64,000 nucleotides of DNA from Phallusia mammillata (lineage: Eukaryota). The position numbers were made by a program, and so were the translations under genes. The notes beneath the pieces are model-generated. The model saw only the letters and a list, made by a program, of their open reading frames with translations. It was not told where the DNA came from and ran no database searches. Positions 51,501 to 60,944 of the stretch are shown piece after piece. Position 1 is the first letter of the stretch. The number at the start of each line of letters is the position of its first letter. The stretch spans positions 10,788,001 to 10,852,000 of the forward strand of contig OZ281499.1 of NCBI GenBank assembly GCA_965637545.1, written 5' to 3'.

Positions 51501-53830
51501 CTGTTCGCTATATTTTTCTAAATAATCACATTAATTCCATTACTCCCCAATGGCCGAATTGTTTTTATATAACCAGTTTAAGAACCATTGGTTTCATCCT
51601 TGCATTTATGGCAAGAACGATGCCCGAATGGTCCAGTGTGCCTCGCCCATATACATAAAAAACTGATCGGGTTTCGGGCTTGGGCGTTTCGTGGGTTCGA
51701 ACCCCGCAAAATACCGAATAAAGAACACCTTGCATTTGTTATCTAAGGTTACGTGCTTTGGACAAACCATTGGAGCAGTTGTAGCTGACACACAAGCTCA
51801 CGCGCAAAGAGCTGCTCAGTTGGTGCAAGTTGACTATGAAGATATATCACCTGCTGTCGTCACAATTGAGGTAAAGTTGTCTGAGACAGAGGATCCGCAA
51901 ATACTTTTTGTCACTGGCGACCCTAAGTAAACAAAAGCAAAACTCTTGTGCAATTTAAACTGTAAACAGAGCAAAAATTTTTCGTACTTTTAGATTTGTT
52001 GTGAGGCAAAGCTAACTTAGGATATATTTGTGTGACCTTTTGTAGGACGCAATTCAACATGAGTCCTACTTTGACATCTCAAAAAAACTAGCTCATGGTG
52101 ACGCAGTTGCTGCCATGGCAACATGTGATCACGTGATCAAGGGAGAAGTCAGGTTAGTGTTGAAATGGAATAGATACCTGATGATGATCTGAATGCTTAC
52201 CTTTGTGTCCATAAATCCACAGAATAGGAGGTCAAGAACATTTCTACCTGGAGACACAAGCGTGCATCGCAGTTCCGAAGGGCGAAGATGGGGAAATAGA
52301 GATGTTCTGTTCAACTCAAAATCCATCCTTTCTTCAACAAACCGTACATACGTGTGGAAAAGCAATCAAGCCAAAATCAAATTTAGTTTCATAATATTTA
52401 TAAGATACTAAGTCCTTTTTCAAAACGATTTTTCGCCAATTGAGTTTTTCATATCTGATAGACAGCCGTTTTGCTTGGAGTAGACGCAAACAGAGTCGTG
52501 GTTAAAGTGAAAAGAATTGGAGGTGGATTCGGAGGCAAGGACACTCGATTTCTTGTTGTTAGTAATCCTGTAGCAGTTGCGGCACATAAGTAGGTTATTA
52601 ATTATGTCTTATATCGATGCAATAAATAGATTAACATTACAAATATACTTAAGATGTGGCAAAGCAGTGAGATGTATGTTGAGCAGAAAGGAGGACATGA
52701 TTATCACTGGAGGGCGTCATCCGTTTTTCGGCAAGTACAAGGTAACTTATGTTGGTTTTAAATTTAGTAAAATCGACTTGAAGTTACATTCTTATCCGAA
52801 AACGAAAAATCGTTGTAACCACTGTACGAAACTAAAACTCGCCTTTCCACGCGAAGCGGTAAGTAGATATGTTTTCTTATTTCTTTGCATTTTTTGTTGG
52901 CTTTAAACAAGAACATTTTAAAGCTAAAGTTAGGTAAACCTATTTCGAAATGATATACTGAAACTTATCTTTATTTCTGTCACAGGTTGGATTTATGAAT
53001 GACGGAAAACTTGCGGCTTTAATTCTCGACCTTTACAGCAACGGCGGTAACACTCTAGAAAAGTCAGAACTTATTTTCAACAAGGCCATTTTGGAAAGCA
53101 ACAACTGTTACAAGTATGACTAGTTTGTGGTTTACTAATTGACCGCGGAATAAATTAAGAAGGCCATGGTGATTTGATAAATTCATTCATTAAAAAAAAT
53201 AATTTGATGCCTAATTCCATTTCAAATAATCCAAAAGCTGTTTGAAGACAAGTTGCATGCAGTTTTTTTCTCTAGGAATTTATTGCCTTTGCAGAATTCC
53301 AAACGTTCTCATACGCGGTAAAATCTGCAAAACCAACATTTCATCGAGCAACGCATTTCGTGCCTTCGGTGCCCCACAGGCAATATTCATTGTTGAAACT
53401 TGGATGTCGAGGATTGCCGAATTTCTAAACACGACACAGGAAGAGGTTTGTTTTCTGTTTCTGTGTCTACAAGCAGTTAAGGCAAAGCCTCCAGTATTGT
53501 CCGTTGTCAAAATTGCTTTTTGCAATTGTCCATGTAATTAAATTTGTACGCAATGTTAACACACACTTCAAGAATACATATGTCTCTTTCACATCAACTA
53601 TTTTCACATAAAGTGTAAAAGGGATCTAAAATTTTTAGATGATTCTAAAAACTTTTAACAAAGCTCAAACGACCAGTTTCTCAATTAATGATTACGCCTG
53701 CTTTTGAAACTCGACATGTACAAAAAATCAAACTTATTTTGTTTCAGCTGCGGGATTTAAATATGTACAAGGAGGGAGACGTGACACATTTCAACCAAAA
53801 ACTTGAATCATTTCAAGCCAGAAGATGCTG

Positions 53831-54457
53831 TGTTACGTCGTTTTCGCCAACTGTTGTGAACATAACTTTGCCCAGCAAAACGTATAACAATTGTCCTGTG
53901 ACGCAACAGTTAGTGTTCCATTGCGTGACAATTAATGTTCTAATGCGTGACGTCAATTGCCTGTGTACTGTGTATGTTGCAATCATTTGTAACTTGCCTC
54001 GTGGTGTACGTTTGTAAACTGCTGACAGGCATAATTTGAATTGAAGCCATCAATCTAAACTTTGATACCTTTATTTAGCAGCTAGAAAGTATAAATAAAT
54101 TGCTGAGTTGATAAAGCTGCATTTGTGAATCATTTTGCTGGTAAGTTTGGCTTTGTACTGTAATGTGAAGTTTTGTTCTAAAACTGTAAATGTTTGGTTA
54201 TTTGTGCAGGATTTGTTCGGCCTTTAAAACATCATTAAATACCAAAACCCCTGTGGCCAAACAGTCGGTATGTTTACTTGTTGTGTTTCGAGTGCGATTT
54301 GTGCTTTATACGTTTTCGTTTTCATTCGCAGAAAAAACGGAATTGACCATACCATTAAAACGAATTGTCGTTCCTTTATGGTGTCCGCGTTTTTTATTGA
54401 GCCACATTGTGTGACGTTTTCGTGAAAACAGGGGAACACGCGACAGAAAACGTTACA
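53831..54457 (+). repeat. 5' LTR
   Basis: TGTTACG...CGTTACA. Same length as the 3' LTR, and the ORF-track translations are identical at a constant 6487-nt offset. Confidence 0.95.
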
Positions 54458-54516
54458 TAAAAGTTTTTCGACTGGCCGACTGTCAATTGTCTAGTACCAA
54501 CGCAATCACGACGAAG

Positions 54517-57500
54517 ATGGCAGCAGACGATCCCGAATTCGATTTAGACGACGTGAACCAACGCACGGAAGAATGGGTCGAAGCGAGTGTTCACTCCTTC
54601 CGCGATGGCGAACCCTCTACATCGAATCCGCTGGAGAATGTAGCGCAACGCCCACCCTCAGTGGATGGTTCGGTGATAAGTAGCGTGCGCACATTATCTA
54701 GTTCGGCTATCTTAGAAATGAAGCGGAGATCTAAATTAAAATTGCAAAGTTTACGTATGCGAATACAGCAGAATTATGAGTTACAGTCTATCCAAAGGGA
54801 GAGGGAACGTGTTGAACGTGAAGAAGAAAGTCGGCACCGCGAAGAAGAGCGTCAGCGCCGCGAAGAAGAAGAACTTTGTTCGCGCGAAGAAAAGGATAGA
54901 CGACGAAAATTGGATGAGATGGAAAAGGCAATCCGTTTCAAACACGCACTCCACATGGCGGAGCTGGAAGTGAACTCCTACGAGGAAGACCCCGTTGAAG
55001 TACCCCTATCTGTTCCATTGGAAGGATTAGGTACGGCAGTTACACAGACCTTGATTACAAAGTCCAACGAACCAAGTAAGTCTGTTCCGTCACCTATTAA
55101 ACCCAGAAAACTAGTTTTGAAGCCCGAAGCCACTCCGTTCGAGCCTAAATGCCGTTGTAATTGTGCAAACACCAGTAGTGTCGTTGGCGAAGTCCGCGAA
55201 TTGTCTGTGTCTGATCTGCCAGTATGTGCTTTGCCGGAGCCCCAACCGTCGACTAGTAATCAGCGACCTGTTAAGAAAGATTCTAGACTGCCACCCCCAC
55301 AGATATCAAAGTTTGCCGGTGATCCTATGGAGTACCATGCCTTTATTCGTAGCTTTAAATGCCATATTGCTGAACATGTTTCTGACGACGACGTGCGCCT
55401 CAGTTACTTGCAGCAATTTTGTGTCGGTGATGCTAACGATTTGATTAAGCATTGTTCCATGCTCAGTGGAGAAGGAGGATACGCCGAGGCCCTAAAACTG
55501 CTAAAGGAAAATTATGGCAAGGATCACATCATTGCGCGCACCTGCTTAAACCAACTACAGTACGGACCGAAACTTCGCTCGGAAGACGTCCATAGCATGC
55601 AGAAATTCGCGAGGTTGATGAAGACATGTCAAGTGGTACTATCCCAAATCGAAGGCAACGCAGGTTTGGACACATTTCAAAATTTGTTGGCGATTGTGCG
55701 TCGTTTGTCCAGTGACATGCAAGAGCAATGGGACAAAGAGGTCGCCCGTATAATTAAAACATACGATCGAGAACCTAATTTCGACGACCTCACCGAATTT
55801 GTCGATAATCAAGCTGCCGTGGCAAGTTCGTCGTTTAGACGGGCCCATCACCCCGTACGGGAGACGCCTAGTGGTCAAAGAAAAAATAGGGCTGCGACGT
55901 ACGTCGTGTCGTCTGAGCTGCCGGGAACTGAAGCCCCGCAGGCTCGCTGTTTGTTTTGTACAGGGCTCCATGATTTGACCACTTGCAATTCGTTTGAAAA
56001 GAAGCCTGTCTACCAACGATACGAATTTGCACGAAGGCAAAGACTGTGCTTTAAGTGTTTGCAGAAAGGACATAATGCAAGAGATTGCAAGGAGGAGGAT
56101 CCGTGCAAGATCTCCGGTTGTGATTCCAACTCTCATCATACGCTGCTACATCGGGAGGTTTCTAGAGCAGAAGCCAACCGCAGTTCTGCTCCTGAAGAAA
56201 AGGTAACCAGTGAAGTTAATTCATTTCACTTGGCGTCAGATTCCAAGCCCTCTGCAATATGTGGCAATACCAGTATATGTGGTGATATGTACATGAATAT
56301 CGTACCAGTTCGGGCGCGAAATGGCAACATAGAATTTCTCACTTATGCATTTTTGGACTCTGGTGCCACTAAATCTATGTGTAGTCAACGGCTAGTGGAT
56401 GCCCTACACTTGCAAGGGGAGTCTCGTACTGTATCGCTTCGAACTGTAGGCCACGAGCAAACTATGCCAACAAAAATAGTTTCCCTGTCTGTTGCTCCTG
56501 CCTTCGATGATGGACCTAGTATTAATCTTAACAGTGTAATGGCCATCGATAAGCTTCCGGTAAAAACTAACAAGTTACCATCAAAGACTAAACTGAAAAG
56601 GATGTCATACTTGCGCGGTTTAGAGTTTCCACAGATCGAAGGTGGAGAAGTGACACTTATGATTGGCGTCGATGCTCCTGAACTGATGGTTTTCCAGGAG
56701 ACGCGCTGCGGCAGCCGCGAACAACCCATTGCAGTAAAAACGGCCCTTGGGTGGTCTTTGTTGGGGCCATCGTTTGTGCCCACCAGCGGAACACGCATTG
56801 ATTTAAACTACGTAAGTAGTTTTGACGACAACGTGAGCAAAGAGATCGACTGTCTGTGGAGAACCGATTTTTCTGATTTAACCATAATTGATGACAAGAG
56901 AATTTCGCGTGAAGACCGATCGGCGCTCGAAATTATGAAACGGGACGTGTTGCATGTAGACGGCCATTATCAGTTGCCCTTGCTGTGGAAAGGAAATCAA
57001 ACTCAACTTCCGCCAAACCGCGTGTTGGCAGAAAGAAGACTCCGTTCTCTCGAACGAAGACTAAAGAAGGACGAGAAACTTCGTGAGCGATACGTTGGCA
57101 CTGTGGAAACCTATATCCAAAAGGGATACGCGAAAAGGATCTCTTCGCACGATCGCGGCCAAAGTAAACGAGAGTGGTATCTTCCACATCACCCTGTTTT
57201 GCACCCGCGCAAGCCTGACAAGGTGCGCGTCGTGTTCGATTGTGCCGCAAAGCACGCAGGCGTTGCATTAAACGATGCCCTAATGAGTGGCCCAGATCTG
57301 ATGAACAACTTAGTAGGCGTCCTGACAAGGTTCAGAAAGGAACCCGTGGCGGTTGTGTCAGACATTGAATCCATGTTTCATCAAATCCGGGTAAGGCCAG
57401 AAGACACTGCGAGCCTTCGTTTCTTGTGGTGGCCCAAGGGCGATCTGTCCAAGCCAGCGGAAGACCACGAGATGACTGTACATCTTTTTGGCGCAACATC

Positions 57501-60213
57501 CTCTCCGAGCTGCGCCGCTTTCAGCTTGTTCCAAACTGCGGAAGAGTTTGGCCACGAGTTCAGTGCTGCAGCTACTACAGCGCTAAAATCAAATTTCTAC
57601 GTGGACGATTGCCTTGCAAGCGTGGCGACCGAGGACGAAGCAATTATGTTGGTGAAAGACTTAGGTCAGCTCCTGCAAAGAGGTGGCTTCCACCTAACCA
57701 AGTGGATGAGCAACAGTAATAGAGTTTTACAATCAATTCCTTCTGACGAACGGTCCAAGATGGCGAAGAATCATGATCTTAATTCGGACGTAGCTGGAAG
57801 AATTTTGGGCGTGTTTTGGAACGTCCCAAATGACGAATTTGGATTTGATGTGCAGATGCCGAATAAGTCGCTGACGCTCCGTGGAATTTTGTCTGCCGTC
57901 AGTGCGCTGTACGACCCCTTAGGTCTTGTTGCTCCTGTTACAGTAAGTGCCAAAATACTTTTGCAGGACCTTTGTCGTCAAGGGTTAGGATGGGACGAAG
58001 ATATTTCAAATGAAGATGCTAATCGTTGGAGAAGCTGGATGGAGGGACTTCCTATGTTAAGCCAAGTACGGGTTCAACGCTGCATTAAACCTCCTTCCTT
58101 TGGAAAGATAGTTAAGATGGAAATGCACCATTTTGCTGACGCATCGTCTTCGGCCTACGGGGCAGTTTCTTATCTGCGCCTTGTTAACCACAATACGCAG
58201 GTGCACTGTTGTTTTTTGCTTGGCAAGTCACGACTTGCACCGATACATACGGTATCCATACCACGCTTGGAGTTGACGGCAGCGGTGCTAGCGGTTAAAA
58301 TGGATGGCTTTCTGCGACGAGAGTTGGGCTGTCCCGACTGCGAATCGACGTTCTGGACAGATTCCATGTCGGTGTTGATGAGCATTAGGAATTCTACAAA
58401 ACGTTTCGAAACCTTTGTAGCAAACCGACTGGCAAAGATTGACAGTGGAAGCAGAAGTGAGCAGTGGCGACATGTTCCATCCAAATTAAACCCTGCCGAC
58501 GACGCCTCACGTGGCTTGTCTGTGAAGAAAATGGTGAATAACAACGTTTGGCTAACCGGTCCACGGTTTCTTTGGGGTGACGAATCTACTTGGCCTAAAG
58601 AAGAAGAAGTTTCAAATAGAGATGATATTTTAATGGAAGCAAAGAAGGTCAGTGCAAATTTTACGTGTGGAACCGCTTGCGAGACGGATTCTATCTCAAA
58701 ACTGATCAATCATTACTCCGATTGGAATCGCCTACGACGTGCAACCGCTTGGTTGTTACGGTATAAGCGCGTTTTATTGTCGAAACGGTGTGCAGATACA
58801 AATACGACCATTCCGAAGGGAACCCTTCAGGTTCAAGAGCTTCAAGAAGCTGAATTGGCACTGTTTCGAATTGTGCAACAACAAGCCTTTCCAGAGGTGC
58901 TTGAAAATCTGCGAAAAGGCAATGGTCAGTGGAAGAAAACGAAGAACTCTCGAACGTTTGACAAGCTTGGCCCCACCCTTAGCAACGGTCTCCTACGCGT
59001 TGGAGGGAGACTTGAATTGGCCTCTATTTCGGATGATGCGAAGCATCCTATTATACTTCCAGGCAGACATCACCTCACCGACTTACTGATTGTCAAGTTT
59101 CATAAGGACGTAGGTCACTCAGGAATGAGTCACACCTGGTCTGAAATCCGTCAAAAATTTTGGATTATAAAGGGCGGAGCCGCTGTACGCCGTGTGTTGG
59201 GCAATTGTGTGTTTTGCAGGAAACGAAATGCGCCCGTTGGCGAGCAACTTATGGCCAGATTGCCGATTGATCGTGTGAACTCCCATAGCCCCGCGTTCAC
59301 GTACGTTGGCGTTGATTATTTTGGACCGCTAATGGTGCGCCAAGCAAGAAGCCAAGTGAAGGTGTACGGCTGTCTATTTACCTGCATGACGGTCAGGGCA
59401 GTGCATCTGGAGGTAGCTGACAGTTTGTCAACGAGTGCTTTTATCAACTGCCTGCGAAGATTCATCGGACGACGTGGCAGACCAACTAAGATTTGCAGCG
59501 ACAATGGAACAAATTTTGTCGGAGCCGTGCGTGAGCTAAAAGAGGCTATCGGAAGATGGAATCAACAGAGCATTGATGACTTCTTGAGACAACAGGACAT
59601 CCAATGGTCTTTTAATCCTCCTGCGGCAAGCCATATGGGTGGCGTCTGGGAAAGAATGATCAGGTCTGTAAGAAGAGTTCTTTCTGCGTTGCTGACGGCA
59701 CAAAGCGTGACCCGCGACACCCTTGAAACGGTGCTTGTTGAAGCGGAGTCCATTCTCAACAGTAGACCCATTGTTCCAGTGGTGATGGATCCACAATCGG
59801 ACGAGCCGCTGACTCCCAATCATTTAATTTTGTTGCGTCCGTCGCCCAACATGCCACCTGGCGTGTTCGTGAAGAAGGACTGTTACGTTCGCCACCATTG
59901 GCGACAAGTGCAATACCTGGCTGACCAATTTTGGCGTCGCTGGGTGCGAGAATACTTACCCACTGTCATTGAACGACAGAAGTGGTTTTCGAAGCAGAGG
60001 AACGTCGAGGCAGGCGACCTAGTGTTGGTTGTGGACGAATCCATTCCGCGAGCACGTTGGAGAATCGGCCGAGTGATTTCGACCTTTCCGGATGCGCATG
60101 GTGTCGTGCGCTCTGCACTGGTAGGAACCGGTGCCACCTCCGTCAGACGACCCATCACCAAACTGTGTTTAGTGATGGACTCCCGCGGTGATTGCGCGAC
60201 CGGCAAATTGTAA
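54517..60213 (+). CDS. BEL/Pao Gag-Pol polyprotein (about 1898 aa from the ATG at 54517)
   Basis: Coiled-coil/Gag region; three Cys-His knuckles (CLFCTGLHDLTTC, CFKCLQKGHNARDC, CKISGCDSNSHHTLLH); protease FLDSG; RT (SDIESMF, FYVDD); RNase H (HFADAS); integrase (H..GH..CVFC, GVDYFG, SDNGTNF, GVWERMI). The domain order PR-RT-RH-IN fits BEL/Pao. Confidence 0.96.
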   Translation: MAADDPEFDLDDVNQRTEEWVEASVHSFRDGEPSTSNPLENVAQRPPSVDGSVISSVRTLSSSAILEMKRRSKLKLQSLRMRIQQNYELQSIQRERERVEREEESRHREEERQRREEEELCSREEKDRRRKLDEMEKAIRFKHALHMAELEVNSYEEDPVEVPLSVPLEGLGTAVTQTLITKSNEPSKSVPSPIKPRKLVLKPEATPFEPKCRCNCANTSSVVGEVRELSVSDLPVCALPEPQPSTSNQRPVKKDSRLPPPQISKFAGDPMEYHAFIRSFKCHIAEHVSDDDVRLSYLQQFCVGDANDLIKHCSMLSGEGGYAEALKLLKENYGKDHIIARTCLNQLQYGPKLRSEDVHSMQKFARLMKTCQVVLSQIEGNAGLDTFQNLLAIVRRLSSDMQEQWDKEVARIIKTYDREPNFDDLTEFVDNQAAVASSSFRRAHHPVRETPSGQRKNRAATYVVSSELPGTEAPQARCLFCTGLHDLTTCNSFEKKPVYQRYEFARRQRLCFKCLQKGHNARDCKEEDPCKISGCDSNSHHTLLHREVSRAEANRSSAPEEKVTSEVNSFHLASDSKPSAICGNTSICGDMYMNIVPVRARNGNIEFLTYAFLDSGATKSMCSQRLVDALHLQGESRTVSLRTVGHEQTMPTKIVSLSVAPAFDDGPSINLNSVMAIDKLPVKTNKLPSKTKLKRMSYLRGLEFPQIEGGEVTLMIGVDAPELMVFQETRCGSREQPIAVKTALGWSLLGPSFVPTSGTRIDLNYVSSFDDNVSKEIDCLWRTDFSDLTIIDDKRISREDRSALEIMKRDVLHVDGHYQLPLLWKGNQTQLPPNRVLAERRLRSLERRLKKDEKLRERYVGTVETYIQKGYAKRISSHDRGQSKREWYLPHHPVLHPRKPDKVRVVFDCAAKHAGVALNDALMSGPDLMNNLVGVLTRFRKEPVAVVSDIESMFHQIRVRPEDTASLRFLWWPKGDLSKPAEDHEMTVHLFGATSSPSCAAFSLFQTAEEFGHEFSAAATTALKSNFYVDDCLASVATEDEAIMLVKDLGQLLQRGGFHLTKWMSNSNRVLQSIPSDERSKMAKNHDLNSDVAGRILGVFWNVPNDEFGFDVQMPNKSLTLRGILSAVSALYDPLGLVAPVTVSAKILLQDLCRQGLGWDEDISNEDANRWRSWMEGLPMLSQVRVQRCIKPPSFGKIVKMEMHHFADASSSAYGAVSYLRLVNHNTQVHCCFLLGKSRLAPIHTVSIPRLELTAAVLAVKMDGFLRRELGCPDCESTFWTDSMSVLMSIRNSTKRFETFVANRLAKIDSGSRSEQWRHVPSKLNPADDASRGLSVKKMVNNNVWLTGPRFLWGDESTWPKEEEVSNRDDILMEAKKVSANFTCGTACETDSISKLINHYSDWNRLRRATAWLLRYKRVLLSKRCADTNTTIPKGTLQVQELQEAELALFRIVQQQAFPEVLENLRKGNGQWKKTKNSRTFDKLGPTLSNGLLRVGGRLELASISDDAKHPIILPGRHHLTDLLIVKFHKDVGHSGMSHTWSEIRQKFWIIKGGAAVRRVLGNCVFCRKRNAPVGEQLMARLPIDRVNSHSPAFTYVGVDYFGPLMVRQARSQVKVYGCLFTCMTVRAVHLEVADSLSTSAFINCLRRFIGRRGRPTKICSDNGTNFVGAVRELKEAIGRWNQQSIDDFLRQQDIQWSFNPPAASHMGGVWERMIRSVRRVLSALLTAQSVTRDTLETVLVEAESILNSRPIVPVVMDPQSDEPLTPNHLILLRPSPNMPPGVFVKKDCYVRHHWRQVQYLADQFWRRWVREYLPTVIERQKWFSKQRNVEAGDLVLVVDESIPRARWRIGRVISTFPDAHGVVRSALVGTGATSVRRPITKLCLVMDSRGDCATGKL

Positions 60214-60306
60214 ACTGTTTGCGATGTTCATTTTCGTTCGTTTTGTTCGGTATATATTCAACGACGTTTTGTGTTTTAGAATGTATGCTCCCCTGGAGAT
60301 ACATTC

Positions 60307-60317
60307 GGGTGGGGGTA
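60307..60317 (+). other. Polypurine tract
   Basis: GGGTGGGGGTA immediately 5' of the 3' LTR. Confidence 0.8.
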
Positions 60318-60944
60318 TGTTACGTCGTTTTCGCCAACTGTTGTGAACATAACTTTGCCCAGCAAAACGTATAACAATTGTCCTGTGACGCAACAGTTAG
60401 TGTTCCATTGCGTGACAATTAATGTTCTAATGCGTGACGTCAATTGCCTGTGTACTGTGTATGTTGCAATCATTTGTAACTTGCCTCGTGGTGTACGTTT
60501 GTAAACTGCTGACAGGCATAATTTGAATTGAAGCCATCAATCTAAACTTTGATACCTTTATTTAGCAGCTAGAAAGTATAAATAAATTGCTGAGTTGATA
60601 AAGCTGCATTTGTGAATCATTTTGCTGGTAAGTTTGGCTTTGTACTGTAATGTGAAGTTTTGTTCTAAAACTGTAAATGTTTGGTTATTTGTGCAGGATT
60701 TGTTCGGCCTTTAAAACATCATTAAATACCAAAACCCCTGTGGCCAAACAGTCGGTATGTTTACTTGTTGTGTTTCGAGTGCGATTTGTGCTTTATACGT
60801 TTTCGTTTTCATTCGCAGAAAAAACGGAATTGACCATACCATTAAAACGAATTGTCGTTCCTTTATGGTGTCCGCGTTTTTTATTGAGCCACATTGTGTG
60901 ACGTTTTCGTGAAAACAGGGGAACACGCGACAGAAAACGTTACA
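60318..60944 (+). repeat. 3' LTR
   Basis: Copy of 53831-54457. Confidence 0.95.

Larger units (their letters stand above)
53831..60944 (+). mobile_element. Full-length BEL/Pao LTR retrotransposon inserted in XDH-C exon 23
   Basis: Two 627-bp TG...CA LTRs, 5-bp TSD TGCTG (53826-53830 and 60945-60949), a PPT and a single intact gag-pol ORF. Confidence 0.97.

Noticed and set aside
51685-51712. B-box-like GGGTTCGAACCC in an XDH-C intron
   Set aside because: No A box or cloverleaf; at most a SINE remnant.
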